A DNA stretch of 64,000 bases from NCBI RefSeq assembly GCF_035594765.1, contig NC_085844.1:177770107-177834106 (forward strand), in the 5' to 3' direction. The translations under genes and the position numbers were made by a program. Numbering within the stretch: position 1 is the first letter of the stretch; each line of letters opens with the position of its first letter. A model generated the notes under the pieces. That model had not been told where the DNA came from, did no database searches, and saw only the letters and a list, made by a program, of their open reading frames with translations. Positions 1 through 13,146 of the stretch are shown here, one piece after another. This stretch comes from Anolis carolinensis. Its lineage: Eukaryota.

Positions 1-112
1 TACATGCATACTTTAATTCCTCTTCCAGGTTAAAGGCTGCCTTACGCTCCTTCGTTTTTTGGTACTTTCTGTGTATTTCATAGATATATATTCCCCAACC
101 TATTTCCTAGAG

Positions 113-245
113 AACAAAAGACAGTATGCATCATGCACTAGCTTAGGCTACTATATTAGAAATGCAAGCCATGATGACCTTTGACTTTCAGAACAGCCAG
201 AACAGCTGGGGACACAATGAAGGAAGCTCAAGTTCTTTGTCAGAA
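113..245 (+). pseudogene. TTC39A: TTC39A pseudo-exon (human exon 3 equivalent)
   Basis: [42 protein letters not shown] vs human [43 protein letters not shown]. TAG at 144-146, 133 nt instead of 132 (+1 frameshift), GTAAG donor at 246. Confidence 0.93.
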
Positions 246-557
246 GTAAGCACTCATTATGACGAAAGCCCCTTATTTGAGAGTTCAAAAGCCTATATTT
301 TATAGGAGTCACTTATTAGAAGTGATATGTCTTCTTTGAGGGCTTTTATATCAACTTAATGGAATGCAAAAAAAAAAAAATCCAGTACTTTTTGAGAAAA
401 GGTGAGACCAAGTTGTGGGAACAAGTGTCTAAGGCTAATCGCTAATCCAGATAATTCTGATGTGATTTAGGATTCAGGACTTTCAATCCATGCCAAAATA
501 GAAAAGAAGGTATGGATATTTAGGAAGATACAAAAATGTTGAATCAGCACCCCAAAT

Positions 558-631
558 GTTCGAACCACCAATCTTTCGGTCAGCAAGTTCAGCAGCTCAG
601 TGGATTAATCCGCTGCACCACGGAGGGCTCC
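558..631 (-). mobile_element. Sauria SINE 5' head fragment
   Basis: Reverse complement GGAGCCCTCCGTGGTGCAGCGGATTAATCC...GGTTCGAAC matches the heads of full copies at 29177 and 55128. Confidence 0.8.
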
Positions 632-632
632 A

Positions 633-668
633 TGCTTGCTTTAGAGTGCTGTTTTTACATTCCTTCAG
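633..668 (+). pseudogene. TTC39A: TTC39A 3' remnant of exon 5 equivalent
   Basis: TGC TTG CTT TAG AGT GCT GTT TTT ACA TTC CTT CAG|gtaata = CLL*SAVFTFLQ vs CLLQRAALTFLQ. TAG at 642-644; a SINE head occupies the place of the 5' half. Confidence 0.8.
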
Positions 669-1844
669 GTAATAGCATTGTTTCTTAAATATGTTATTGT
701 GAATTTAGCCAGAGGAACATAAAGAGTTATTTCCTTTCATTAGGGGATTTGGCAATTTATCTATAGGGAAAGCATACAGATTTTAAGTCATTAAAAAGCA
801 AGTAAAAATATGTATTACAGTATTAGCCATACTGGTAATGCAGAAGAGAAACGATAAACTAATCCAGTTTAAGAGGAGAGACAATGCCTGATGTCTGGCC
901 CTTTAGAGTCAATATTGCCTAATGTTACATATATGAGTGTGAGCGAGCAAGAGCTGAAATTCTCACTGATGTGTTACTTAAACAGTGATGCATACAGCTC
1001 CATCCATTTTCTGCCTTGAATTTTTATTTTATTTTGCATGCATGGATAGCTACTCATAAATTAATCAAGAGATTTCCACCTTTTAGTATCCAGCATTTCT
1101 TAAGTGGGTCTCCTGAACAGTATATTTTTTGTAAACGAAATGTCAACCCAGTTTACTAGTTTTTGCCTTGTCTTATAATATTGCAGAGTCTTTCTTAGGA
1201 TACCTTCACATGGCTCAATTATATGATTTGATCCCACTTTTTTTGCTGTGTGAAAATCTTCTGGAATCCTGGGGGTTATAGTTTGGCTGAGAAGTCCCCT
1301 AACCCCCCCCCAAAAAAAAAAACTAAGGCCCCCTTCCACACAGCTGAACAAAATCCCAGATATTGTGGGATTTTCTGCTTTGATATTTTGGGTTATGTGG
1401 CTGTGTGGAAGGCCCTGAGTCCCCTGTCCCCTAGTATTCCACATTATGCTATCATGACACTTAATCATAGAATCGTAATGGTATAATTGGCTAGTGTAAA
1501 AGGTCTCTTGCTCACAAACCACACATAACAATTACCTAGCCATAAAGCTCCTATTACTTTTGTCTATTTTTAGGGATTCCCCCCAGACCTGCTTTATAAT
1601 GGGCTTTATGTTTGTCACAAAATGGACAAATAATGATATTTTCCGACTCCTGATTGCCGTGCTCTGACTGTTCAGCTGCTGAACCACTTTGTCAGCCTGT
1701 TTGACCCACTTTTTTCACCTTTGGCTGTGAGTAATAGTGGAAGATGCAACTCCTCAAGCAGGAAATGTGTTTCCTGACCTACATGAACCGGAGTGAATGG
1801 TCAGGCACTTCTTCCAGTGTGCATAAGTGTGCAGCTTTTAATAG

Positions 1845-2465
1845 CCAATGCTCCAGAAGACAAGAGCAGAATCCAAAATGATCTCAACAGATTAGAGAGA
1901 TGGGCTAAAACTAACAAAATGAAGTTCATCAGGGACAAATGCAAGATACTCCAGTTAGGCAGAAAAAAGGAAATGCAAAGATACAGAATGGGGGACGCCT
2001 GGCTCGACAGCAGATCATGCAAAAAGTATCTTGGAGTCCTTGTGGACAACAAGTTAAACATGGGCCAACAATGTGATGCGGCAGCTAAAAAAGCCAATGG
2101 GATTTGGCTTGCGTAAATAGGAGTCTAGTGTCTAGATTCAGGGAAGTCATGCTACCTTTCTATTATGCCTTGGTCAGACCACACCTGGAATCACACTGTG
2201 TCCAATTCTGGGCACCGCAGTTGAAGCTGGAATGTATCCAGAGGAGGGTGACTCTAATGATCAAGGGTCTGTAGAATAAGCCATATGAGGAATGGCTTAA
2301 AGAGCTGGGCAAGTTTAGCCTGCAGAAGAGAAGGCTGAGAGGAGACGTGATAGCCATGGATAGATATATAAGGGGAAGTCATATGGAAGAGGGAGCAAGC
2401 TTGTTTTCTGCTGCCCTGGAGACTAGGACGCGGAACAATGGCTTCGAACTACACGAAGGGAGATT
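1845..2465 (+). mobile_element. CR1 LINE ORF2 3' fragment (degraded)
   Basis: [51 protein letters not shown]; overlaps the CR1 copy at 13147-13620. Confidence 0.9.
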
Positions 2466-2714
2466 AGTTTAGTTTAGAACAACAGTTCCCAAGCTTTGGT
2501 CCTTCAAATGTTTTGGACTTCAGCTCCCAGAGTTCCTGATTGTCAATCAATTTGACTGGGATTTCTGAGAATTAAAATCCGGATCAGAGGATCAGAGTTT
2601 GGGGACCACTGATCTAAAATAAAACTGAAGAAAACAAGAAGATAACTGTTCGCTACATCTTCAAAGTAATGTCTGCTTTACCCAGCAATGAATAATAAAT
2701 TGTATCTTCCTTAG

Positions 2715-2779
2715 GATGAAAACATGATTAGTTTTGCTAAAGGCAGCATCAAAATTAGACACAGTTATCAGATATACAG
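2715..2779 (+). pseudogene. TTC39A: TTC39A pseudo-exon (exon 6 equivalent), no disabling lesion
   Basis: ttag|DENMISFAKGSIKIRHSYQIY(R)|gtatgt, 65 nt, vs [22 protein letters not shown]. Confidence 0.93.
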
Positions 2780-3553
2780 GTATGTAGCAATGTAACGGAT
2801 GCTGTCTGGAAGAGGAAAATAATTCTGTTACATTGGACTCTAGGGAATTAATTGTTTCTTATTGTATAACATTTCATACTTCATACTGATTCAAATGAAT
2901 TAGGGCTGTTTTATTTATTTTTACTTTGCTTATATTATTCATAGTCTGCATTTCAGGATAAACTTTCACAAGGCAGCTTAGAGCAACTAGTGAATGTAAT
3001 ATCTGAAACTGTGAAAGTTGTATAAGTTAGTCATTGAAACAGTGATATCTAAAGAATGGAGCCGGTTAAACTGTTGCTAAAAAGCTGAATTGAATAGAAG
3101 TCTAAAAACTGTGTTTTAAAGCCACAAATGAAGGATCCATACAAATCTTGCTGAGGGAGGGAATTCCAAATATGTGGGACTACAACTGAAAGGTCCTTGT
3201 CAAGATACATGTGCCATAAAACTGCTTCTTGACTAACTATGACACTATGAATTTAATAGGATTTTCTTAGGCAAAGAATACTTAGAAGTGTTTTCTCACC
3301 ATTGCCTGCCTCTGAAATGGTGACCATGTATTCTTATGGCAGTCCTCCATCAAGTACTAACCTGGCGCGAACTTGATTAATTTGCAAGATCAGACAGGAC
3401 TTGGTGCCATCAGGGTGTTTTATGTGGTGGTCCACAGTGCATTCAGGAAAGCAATAGTAATTAATTCTTGTTGTGTAGTAAAATTTGTTAAATTATTATT
3501 GCCTTTATATCTGGAATTATATTCTCATTTTTTATGAAATTATTCTTTTATAG

Positions 3554-3653
3554 AGAGCTGGATAGTCTATTACATTTTCCCAACTATGTTAAAGGAGAAA
3601 ACCATGCCCATTTTGAATGTTGTGTAAAGCTGTGGGTCAGAGCATTTAATCTA
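3554..3653 (+). pseudogene. TTC39A: TTC39A pseudo-exon (exon 7 equivalent), donor site dead
   Basis: ELDSLLHFPNYVKGENHAHFECCVKLWVRAFNL, 100 nt, vs [33 protein letters not shown]. Followed by ATATGT instead of GTATGT. Confidence 0.92.
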
Positions 3654-3677
3654 ATATGTCGCACAGTTCCTCTAAAG

Positions 3678-3974
3678 CAGTGGTTCCCAACCTGTGGGCC
3701 GCGAGACCTAAAATAATGTCCGCGAGACATGCAGGAAAAATCAATTCTAGATTATTAAATATGGTTTTCTATGGGTGAGCAGGTGTCAACTATTGGATGA
3801 CATATGTTCTGTACGAGAAACTAGAGCTGATGTGGTCTATCCAATGCAATTTTCTAAATCAGCACCCCAAATAACCAAACCGAATCTAAAGTTGACCAAA
3901 AACTGATTTGTAACCCTTTTGGTACTAATGTAGGAGAGTGGTCCCATGTCAAAAAAAAATGTTGGGAACCACTA
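3678..3974. mobile_element. Non-autonomous hAT element (SPIN-like TIR)
   Basis: TIR CAGTGGTTCCCAAC / GTTGGGAACCACTA; decayed TSD ctctaaag/ctaaag. Confidence 0.75.
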
Positions 3975-4550
3975 CTAAAGAAATAATTTTTAAGACTTTA
4001 ACTGGGGCTATTAGAAACTGAGATCATTTTTTTACACAATTAGTTGAGTGTAGAAATAGCTGCATTGCCTCTTCAATGGAATGGTAATGAGTTACCGTCC
4101 CTACTTCTGCATTCTCCCTCCATCTGTAGATCATTCATACCAGAAATACGGTATGTGGGGTAGATGGATGTGAAGACTCTACAAATTCTGAATTCAGTCA
4201 TTTGACTTATATTGCTTGCACTTTATGGCTGCTATGCAAAGCTATGAGTAACTTTCTTATAACAGTTGGAATGTAAACATCTTCTCTGATGGAAGCTTTG
4301 TAGGCATAAAAGATAGCAACCACTTACTAAAGTCTTGAAACATTGAAGTGTCCATGAACTTGAAAACAGTAATAGGGAACTATGGACCCCCATATATTCA
4401 GCTCTTAATTACCAGCAACAGCAGCTACCACCGTTATGCTCCTAGGTCAAAGAAAATAGTATTTGTACTCCAACAATATTTGGAGGGCAACTGTTTTAGT
4501 CTTTAATTATATTAATAGTAAAAAAAAAATCCCAAAATGCTACCTACTAG

Positions 4551-4866
4551 GTAGCCCCCGGTGGCGCAGCGGCTTAAACTGCTGAGCTGCTAAACTTGCT
4601 GACCAAAAGGTAGGTGGTTTGAATCCGGGGAGCAGGGTGAGCTCCCACTGTTATCCCCAGCTTCTACCAACCTAGTAGTTTGAAAACATGCAAATGTGAG
4701 TAGATCAATAGGTCTAGATCAATACCTTTGGCAGGAAGGTAACAGCGCTCCATGCAGTCATGCCAGCCACATGACCTTGGAATTGTCTGCGGACAACGCT
4801 GGCTCTTCCGCTTAGAAATAGAGATGAGCACCATCTCTATGACTAGAGGAAAACCTTTACCTTTAT
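4551..4866 (+). mobile_element. Sauria SINE
   Basis: tRNA-like head GGTGGCGCAGCGG..GGTTTGAATCC and (ACCTTT)n tail. Confidence 0.88.
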
Positions 4867-6394
4867 CTACTACGTAGCCCAGGAAAATAGAAAACACTCA
4901 TAGTGAATTTCTGCTGCCTCGACATCTTACAATGTATAGATATAGTCTAACATCCAAGTACAATTTTAATCAAGGCCTCCTGTACATATATCTTTCTAAG
5001 GGATTTGGTGCTCTTACAGGAAATGGTTCATCATAAGAAGTGAAAAGTCACAAGAGACATAGCAAATGCTTGTCAGACTTGTTTATAATTAATTCATTTG
5101 TCATTCTTTTCACTTGTGAAAGTTGTCTCTCAAAAGGCCAGTTCTACAGAGACTTTGAGTTACACGACAACATTAAAACTGCAAATACTTGACCTAACAA
5201 TGTGAAGACAGTGAGTGCCTCAGGAAAGAAATGTATGAAACAAAACAACATATGTTTGAAGCTGAAGCCGATCAAGTCTGCAAGATCACCCAGGGTTATA
5301 TTTACCATACTAGAATTACTCAGATATTGTAGCATAAGAAGCTGTTAGCAACTAAAATGCTCAAATATTTTCATTGTATATTAAAGTGTATGTGTAGATC
5401 AAGGAAAGGAATCATGGAGCTCTCAGGATGTTACGTCTTTGATATTTGAACTTCAGCTCTAAAATACTTGGTCGAATTTACTGTTCTTGAAAGAATAAAA
5501 CTAAAACATTGGGATTTCTTTTGTGAATTAAATTATGAACCTATTAGAAAATGCTTTGTAGGATCACAGTATTTTTCAGCTATCTGAGATTTTTGGATGC
5601 ATTCAGGTTTTAAATCTAGACTACCACAGAGATAAAACATGATGAACTATGAGAGTCAGCTGGGGTTTTTTCATTCTTCCCCGGTTAACGTGTAGTGCCT
5701 TCATACTTCAGGTTGGCACCTCTTCTGATTTAGTGTAGAAGCATTTCTCACTGCAATTATTCATAATCGAATACCTCCTCAGTAAACTTCTCTACCCAAC
5801 TTTTAATCCACTCTGATGACCAAAAGTCCAAAACAAGAATGTAGTTCCCAAATCTCATATGCTTGGTGATACGGAAGGATTGTAACCTTGTTACTCTAGC
5901 ACAGCCTTTCTCACCCCTTTTTTTTACATTTTTTACATTGAAGGAACCACTGCAATAATATATATAAATATAAATATATAAATTTTATTTCTATCCTGCC
6001 ACCGAAGGGACTTGAGCCAGCCAACGAAGTGCTGCATATAGATAATACATAAATAATACATAAATCTGAAACGATAAAAACCACAGAATTACAACCACAC
6101 ACATATATAATTACAATGTAAAACATTAAAATTCATAAAATGCAGTCATAGCCAGGTCTTTAGAGAACTGTCACATAAAAATTATTATATCTACTGCTCA
6201 ATTTCTTTTTTAAAAATCATGTCTCAATATCGTGCACAATCCTAAGCAACCTCTTGTGGAATGCTAGATTTGTATCTTCAGAATACATTTTGAGTATTTC
6301 CCTTCCACTATTATTTCTTGTTTTGCCACTGAGTGCTGAGCATGGAAACTACATGCCTTTTAGTAGGATTGCATCATCGTCATCATTGTGCCTG

Positions 6395-6735
6395 ATTCCT
6401 TGTGGCTGAGTATGATTGTCTTTGAAGAGTAGAATCTTGGTGGTAGGTCCGTAAATGACTGTAGGGACCTATTCTGGATCCACATGGTCTTTCACAATGA
6501 GGACTTAGATTTCCAGATAAAAGGCAGTCCTGACAAGGGTTTGCTTGACATGCCTTTCTCTTGGCATGTTTCTCCCTTTCACCCTCTATTTGTGCCTCTT
6601 CAAAATCCATTGCACTGTTGGTAACAGCTGACCTCCAGTTAGAACATTCACATGCTAGGGCTTCCCAGTTCTTGGGTTTTTTTAAAGGTTTGCTTTAAGC
6701 CCTTCTTTAAATCTCTTTTGCTGTCCAATAACATT
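6395..6735 (-). mobile_element. RTE-clade LINE 3' fragment
   Basis: FEEAQIEGEREKHAKRKA..PHCERPCGSRIGPYSHL; same family as 18661-19511. Confidence 0.8.
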
Positions 6736-7064
6736 GCATAGACTGCAGTATTGTATAAAGAGGTGGAAAGAGGAAAATGTGATCAGAGGCCACTGGAATT
6801 ACCTTTGCATGGTAGACATAACAAGAAGAATGTAACTCAGGGTGAAATTGGGTTAAGTAATTCTAATGCTAGTATCACTTCTGTCCTTGGACCCAGGAGT
6901 GGGTGATTCTCCCTTTCCATATCATTTATATAATTGGAGTCTCTGCTGGGAATGAGACATGGAGAGACATGAATTAGCTGTAATTTCACTGATTTCAATC
7001 AATCTTTTTATCTCTGAAGCTCTCTTCTGAGATTTGGAAGACTGGGCATGTATTATTTACTTCA

Positions 7065-7375
7065 TATAGCAGTCCATACTCCATGAAATAATGCCCAACT
7101 GCTCACTGGAGGGAAGGATGTTAGAGACAAAGATGAAGTACTTTGGCCGCATCATGAGAAGACAGGAAAGTTTGGAGAAGGGAATGATACTGGGGAAAAT
7201 TGAAGGGAAAAGGAAAAGGGGCCAACCAAGGGCAAGATGGATGGATGGTATCCTTGAAGTGAATGGCTTGACCTTGAAGGAGATTGGGGTGGCCATGGCC
7301 AACAGGAAGCTCTGGCATGGGCTGGTCCATGAGGTCATGAAGAGTCAAAAATGACTGAACGAATAAACAACAACA
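7065..7375 (+). mobile_element. BovB-type RTE LINE 3' end
   Basis: SLEGRMLETKMKYFGRIMRRQESLEKGMILGKIEGKRKRGQPRARWMDGI...VHEVMKS followed by GACTGAAC..(CAA)n tail. Confidence 0.85.
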
Positions 7376-7403
7376 TAGCTTCTTTGCTTTCTGATTTGTA
7401 TAG

Positions 7404-7469
7404 ACTTTATCCATGCTACCAACAAGGATTGTCCAGTTACTAGAGTTTGCTGGATTTTCTGGAAATAAG
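7404..7469 (+). pseudogene. TTC39A: TTC39A pseudo-exon (exon 8 equivalent)
   Basis: tag|[22 protein letters not shown]|gcaagt, 66 nt, vs [22 protein letters not shown]. Donor is GC. Confidence 0.93.
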
Positions 7470-10410
7470 GCAAGTTATTTTGATTTGCAATGTAGATGCT
7501 AAAGACTTATTGTTATTACCATGATTCTTGATGATTTGCAACATACACATAGACACAGTAGTACATAGTTGATGCATGTTTGCTATGCCTCATTTCTTGG
7601 TGGAAACTCTGCCTGGAAAATTGGGGAACTACCTGGAATAGCATGACAAGTGATTCTAGGAACTGCAGGGATGAGAAGGAATTAAAGTTCAGACAGAAAG
7701 CTGGAGTAGATTCAGCACTTTCCTGACATTGGGGCCACTAGCCACCATTGGCTGCCAGACTATTTTCTGTGCACTTCTTTACTGTTATGTTCATAATAGC
7801 CCTTAGACTGCACAATGTTTATTTCCACATTTGCTCACCTATATTATGTAAAAGTGCTTTTCCTTCATACATTGTAAAATTAAAATTTTGTGATTGACTC
7901 TGTTTAGGAATATTATATTTTATCAACTTGTATACTAATAGAATTCAGAGAGGAAAATAGGAAACACTCAGACTACAAAGAAAAATAGAGAGGGTAAGAG
8001 AAAATATAATAGAAGTATGTAAAATTAAGCATGCTATTTGCAATACATCTGGAGGAGCATTATTTCCTCCCCCACAAAGCTAGTCACTCAATGAGGCCAA
8101 ATACTGAGAATAGTGACAAATAAGGGCAGGTATTTTTTTTCACATGGAACAGCTTGGATATGGGATTCACTGTCACAAAATGTAGCTATAGCTACCAACT
8201 TTTGGATGGGTTTTGGAGAAACATTTTGCAAATTCATGGACATTGGGGCCACTGATACCTGCAGGTCAATATAGCTATATATCATATCCAGAATAAGAGG
8301 CAATATGCCTCTGTATTTATTTTTCTTGATGTATCAAAATAAGTGTTTCCAATACTTTTGCGACATTAATTGTTGGCAATGAAGGATGGAGCTACATTAA
8401 AGTCCAGTTTGCAGGTTCTCCATAGGCAACAATGATAATGTTATTTTATACCCTGCCAATCATCTCACCAAAGGGACTCAGGGCAGCATACAATCGGAAC
8501 CAAGCCCAGAACATACAACCAAATATAGCAACTAAAACAATCAAATTAAAACAATTAAAAACACAACAGGGTATACAAACATCATTCAGAGTAAAACAAA
8601 CTCAACAATTAGTGGGCCACTATGTGAACAAAACATTGGTCTGATCCAGCATGGTTCTTCTTTGGTTTTTATTAAGTAACAGTTAAAGTCGGACTACATT
8701 ACTACCCTTAGAGCCAAGCTACTCTAGTAAGCTGCAGCTTCAAGAAGGCGTTTATTGGCTGGTGAGTGGTAGAGAAAGAAAGAATTAGACCTCAGTGGAG
8801 TCCCTTTAATTGACTTTCCTTTAATGACTATTGACATGATAAAGAAGGGCAATTCACATTTACTGTCACATATAATTTGACTCCAGGTGTACTTTGATTC
8901 ATAGGCGTTTCTTTAAACTGACTCAGATCAGATTTTTTTTTTAAACTGACCCCTTTTATCATCTTTATGTATAAAATAAGTAAACATGGCAATTAGGCAG
9001 TTGAAATTTGGAATTTATTCTTGACAGGTTAATTGGATTATAAATTGATGCAGTTTATGTGCATAAGTTGAGGTACTGTTCCACTGAAAAGACCAAATTG
9101 TTCAGTGCTACAAAGTGGCATATTCAAGGTGTAGTCAGATTACTACAGATTGAACATTTGTTTATATTAAGATGTCTTTTTTCAAGCATGATGCTTAAGG
9201 CTGAGATCAATCAATTATGCGGTGTGTCAGTATGAATGTTGGATTCGTTTAATTTGCATCATTATCACATAACAAGGTTAACTCTATGACTTTTATAGAT
9301 TGGAAAATGAATTGAGAGAGCAAGAGACTTGGCTAAAATGATTTACTAACACCAGGGCTGCACCATTAGATGGAGACAACTTCTTCTGCCTATGGGCTAC
9401 GTAAAACTGATGCATTTCCAGTTTTATTTTGCTTTTATTTTGGGTCAGTTTTGAGGTTGCAGGAATGATGAGAAGCCCAATTTCCAAATTTTGTTATGTT
9501 TTTGCTCTGGTCTGAAAGAGGGGGCTGAGGGCTTTGGGAAGGTCTGAACAGCATGAGGACTCACAAAAAGGGCTCTTTCTTCACCTCTGCAGTAAACAGG
9601 AAATGGATTCTTAACTTCCCTGATTCAGTATAGAAACATCATTGAAGATCCTTATTTTACAAAAGCATAATTTACTGTTACCAATAGCTCATTTTGGAAA
9701 TGTCTATGAAATTGTGCAGAAGTAAGGACATGGGATATAATTGTCCTTAACAGGGGCTGCGGCTAGAACCTTAGGAGAACCCTGTTGGCACAGATCAAAT
9801 GGCTATGTACTCAAGCTATCCGTTCCACAAAAGCCAATTACTTGTTTATGGAGATTTCAGGACACGGCTGAAACCATATTTTCTGTCCAACAACTGGCAT
9901 TTCCCTAATCTCCTTTTATACCCATTGATGTTCATGCCATTTTCAAATCTCCTTTTATCTGTTTTGGATCAGCCACTTTTAACTTTATTAGATGATAACC
10001 CCCCCCCCCCCACACACACACACACACACACTCTTTCTGTATAATGTTATGGGAAATTGGTGTGTATGCTGTCCTTTCACTGAGATTACATGTTTGTTAC
10101 AGGAAAATTGCAATGTCTCAGCTCTTTGTGTGATCAAAAAGACACTGCCCTTTCTGTTTGTAAAAGGAATGCATGTAATTGCTCCTGAATTATTTTTCCT
10201 GATACTCTCTTTGCTCATCCAGTGATTTAGAAAAGACATGTCAATTTACAGTGGTGCTGTTATTCCTTGTGTTAGCTGCGTAAACTAACTTGACCGTGTG
10301 GTGCAGATGAGTGTTGTGATGGGAGGGATTAATTTGATTTCACTGAAGTGCAACAAATAAAGTAACCCAAGAATGTCTAATTTATAACTGCTTATCTGAC
10401 TTTGAAGCAG

Positions 10411-10446
10411 GAACATGATTTGCAGCAGATTCAAGAGGGAGCATCA
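10411..10446 (+). pseudogene. TTC39A: TTC39A 5' remnant of exon 9 equivalent
   Basis: cag|EHDLQQIQEGAS vs DYGLLQLEEGAS. Similarity ends abruptly; the rest of this exon and exons 10-12 were not found before exon 13. Confidence 0.72.
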
Positions 10447-11440
10447 ATGAGTTTAAATTGCAATTCACAATTTCAGATGCCTTTTTGTTTTAATCTTCAG
10501 GAAGCACATACTTAATTCTGTTAAATGTGCCAACTCTATGGACTTTTTTCAAAAGAGATCTACATTGAAATAGAATGTTAACTTACATGATTAAAAGCCA
10601 AATCTCCTAAAACATATCCTTAGCCTAAAACATATCCTTTTCCCATCAATACTACTCTCCATATCCAAGCTTTCCAATGAAAAAAAGATGGTCATCTGAG
10701 AGCCAGTATGAAATATTGGTTGGAATGTTGGCCTATGGCGCTGAAGAACGTGGTTTGAATCCAGTGTCAATTCTTGTCATTATCCAACAAAATTTAGCAA
10801 GTCTTTGTTCTTCAAGTTTGACATTGGCATATGGATCACAACGTAATTCTTAACACCATGTAAATTTTGATCTTCTGAAACAAATTTCTTTTTTCCTTTT
10901 TAATTGCATACTGTTTTGAGGAAATATTTATGATTTCACTACATAGGAAATATTGTAGTGAACAAAGGACAGCTGGCAGGAATACAAATGGTTGTAGTCT
11001 TAAGAGTGGATGCCCTTTTCTTCTTGAGGTCAAATGTCTGCTTCTGACTTTATTTTCTTGAAACCTGGCACCAGACAGCTGTTCTGGGATGGAGTCTATC
11101 TTCTGATCTATTGTGATGAAGTTGACCTTTTGGATGCTTGCTTTTTTGTTGAACTATAAATCTGTATGCTAGAAAAAACATATATAATATATAATACTCA
11201 GTTTCTCTTGCCTTCCACAAGGTTGCAATATGCTAGTGAAAGAATGCATTTTAAATTATGTTGAATACACTTATTGTGTTTACTTTCTGTCATTCAAAGC
11301 AGAACCTTGCAGAGATTCTGTAACCATATAAAAAGGTTTTTTCTCTCTCAGATATTTCACTATGCTGACCTCTTGATTGAAGATGACTTATAATATGATT
11401 TAAAGTAAGAATTTTTAATAATGCATTACTTTTACCTTAG

Positions 11441-11533
<93 letters not shown>

Positions 11534-11639
11534 TAAGATAGTTGAAGTCTAGCTTTACGTCTGGGTTGACCATTCAGAATACAATTGTCCTCTGGTGGCA
11601 TCTTCCATTTAGCACTTCCTTGGAATTGCCATACCTGTT

Positions 11640-12395
11640 GATATACCTAGGAACGTATGACACCTCTATTAAAGCAGCTTCACTGGCTGCTGATAAGTTT
11701 CCAGTCCCAATTCAAGGTGGTTTGGGCCCTGCCCATCTTTGGGACTGCATCTCCGCCTATGAACCGGCATGGGCTCTAAGATCTGTTGGGCAGGCTCTCT
11801 TCTCGCTTCCACCACCATCACAAGCACGATTGGTGGCAACAAGGGAGAGGGCCTTCTCAGTGGTGGCCCCCCATTTCTGGGAAATTAGGCAAGCCCACAC
11901 ATTGTCCTCCTTTCGTAGGGACCTGAAAACCTGGATGTTCCAGCAAATTTTTGAGAATGACAAGTCCCTAGGCCCAGTCCTTGGTATCTAGGTAGTACTC
12001 TGTCCTGCACTTCATCCACTTCCCTGGCCCTTTGATATGCTGTTGCACTATCCCTTGCCCAGGCCCTTTATAGATAGATGGCCATGTTCATTTTGTAATC
12101 TTGGCCATGGGTTTGTTGAACTTCTACTGATGGATCTACAAGGATACAGGCTTTTAATATTGTTATTTTTATGTTAGTATGTTTTAACACGATTTTGGCT
12201 TTTTATGATGCTTTCAGTTTTTGTTATTTTGTTTAAGTTAAATTAGGTTGTGTCATATTGTTGAAAGTATTTTTGATGTATTATCTGTATGGTTTTCTTT
12301 CTGGCAATTGAATGTTTGCCTATATGTTGGAAACTGCCCTGAGTCCCTTTGGGGAGATAGACCGGTATACAAATAATGTTTATTATTATTTATTA
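11640..12395 (+). mobile_element. L2 LINE 3' fragment
   Basis: GLGPAHLWDCISAYEPAWALRS..ERAFSVVAP; CCCTGAGTCCCT..GGGAGA tail and (TTA)n. Confidence 0.8.
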
Positions 12396-12508
12396 TTGAC
12401 TTTAAACCAAGATGGGCAATGTTGCTAAGCACCAATTCCTGTCAACCTTGGCCAGCATGGTTAATGGGAGAGGTAATCCAACTACATATAAACCACATTT
12501 TGTATTTA

Positions 12509-12774
12509 CAATCAACCCTTCACATTTGTTGGGGTTAGGGACACAAAATCCCTGCAAAAGTGAAAGCCTTCAATGAAAACATTAATTTTTTTACCTGAGG
12601 AAACAGCTCTCTAGTAATATCTAAGCTCTCCAACATGACTCTATGGCCTTTCGGCAGACATTGACTATAGAATTGTACCAGAAGACCTAGAGATTCCCAG
12701 AGAGGACATTTTAATCACATCTGTGAAAATTTAAATCCATAAAGGCCAAACCCACAAATGTGGAGAGCCAGCTG
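12509..12774. mobile_element. Old Tc1/mariner (Tigger-like) MITE
   Basis: TA flanks; imperfect TIR CAATCAACCCTTCACATTTG / CAAATGTGGAGAGCCAGCTG. Confidence 0.55.
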
Positions 12775-13146
12775 TATATTTTTTTTCTTGGTGCTTCACT
12801 GAGTTAGAATAACTCGGTAAATTATTTTCACAACTGTGTGAAGTAGGGTGAATTAAAAGATGGGCATTTCCTCAGTGAGTTTCATGAGTAAGCAAAGGAG
12901 GGGATTAGCAGATAATGTCACATGTTCCTTATGCCTTTTGTCACAAAACATTTTTTTAAATAGCAGCGCTTTGGAAGCCTTGAAATACATTGTAAGTTGC
13001 TACAAAGCAAACAAACAAAAGCCTAGTGCTGATATACTGCAAGATGGGGACAGACAGTAACTATTGCAGCAATAATTCCAGAATGATGGCAACTTCAGTG
13101 TTATTGATTTTTCATTAGCTGTATTCCAGAGTTGATATTCAATATT

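Noticed and set aside
7470-7475. GC donor after exon 8 as an inactivating lesion
   Set aside because: AAG|GCAAGT is a valid GC-AG donor and could be ancestral; not counted
7731-7795. GATSH..LCTSLLLC, and LQLQEG at ~8732, resembling exon 9
   Set aside because: Spacing wrong and no acceptor; 10411 gives a better match with a proper CAG acceptor
11352-11405. YF/YADLL-like stretch resembling the end of TTC39A exon 12
   Set aside because: Only 5-7 codons, needs a frameshift, and downstream codons and donor spacing do not fit; may be chance
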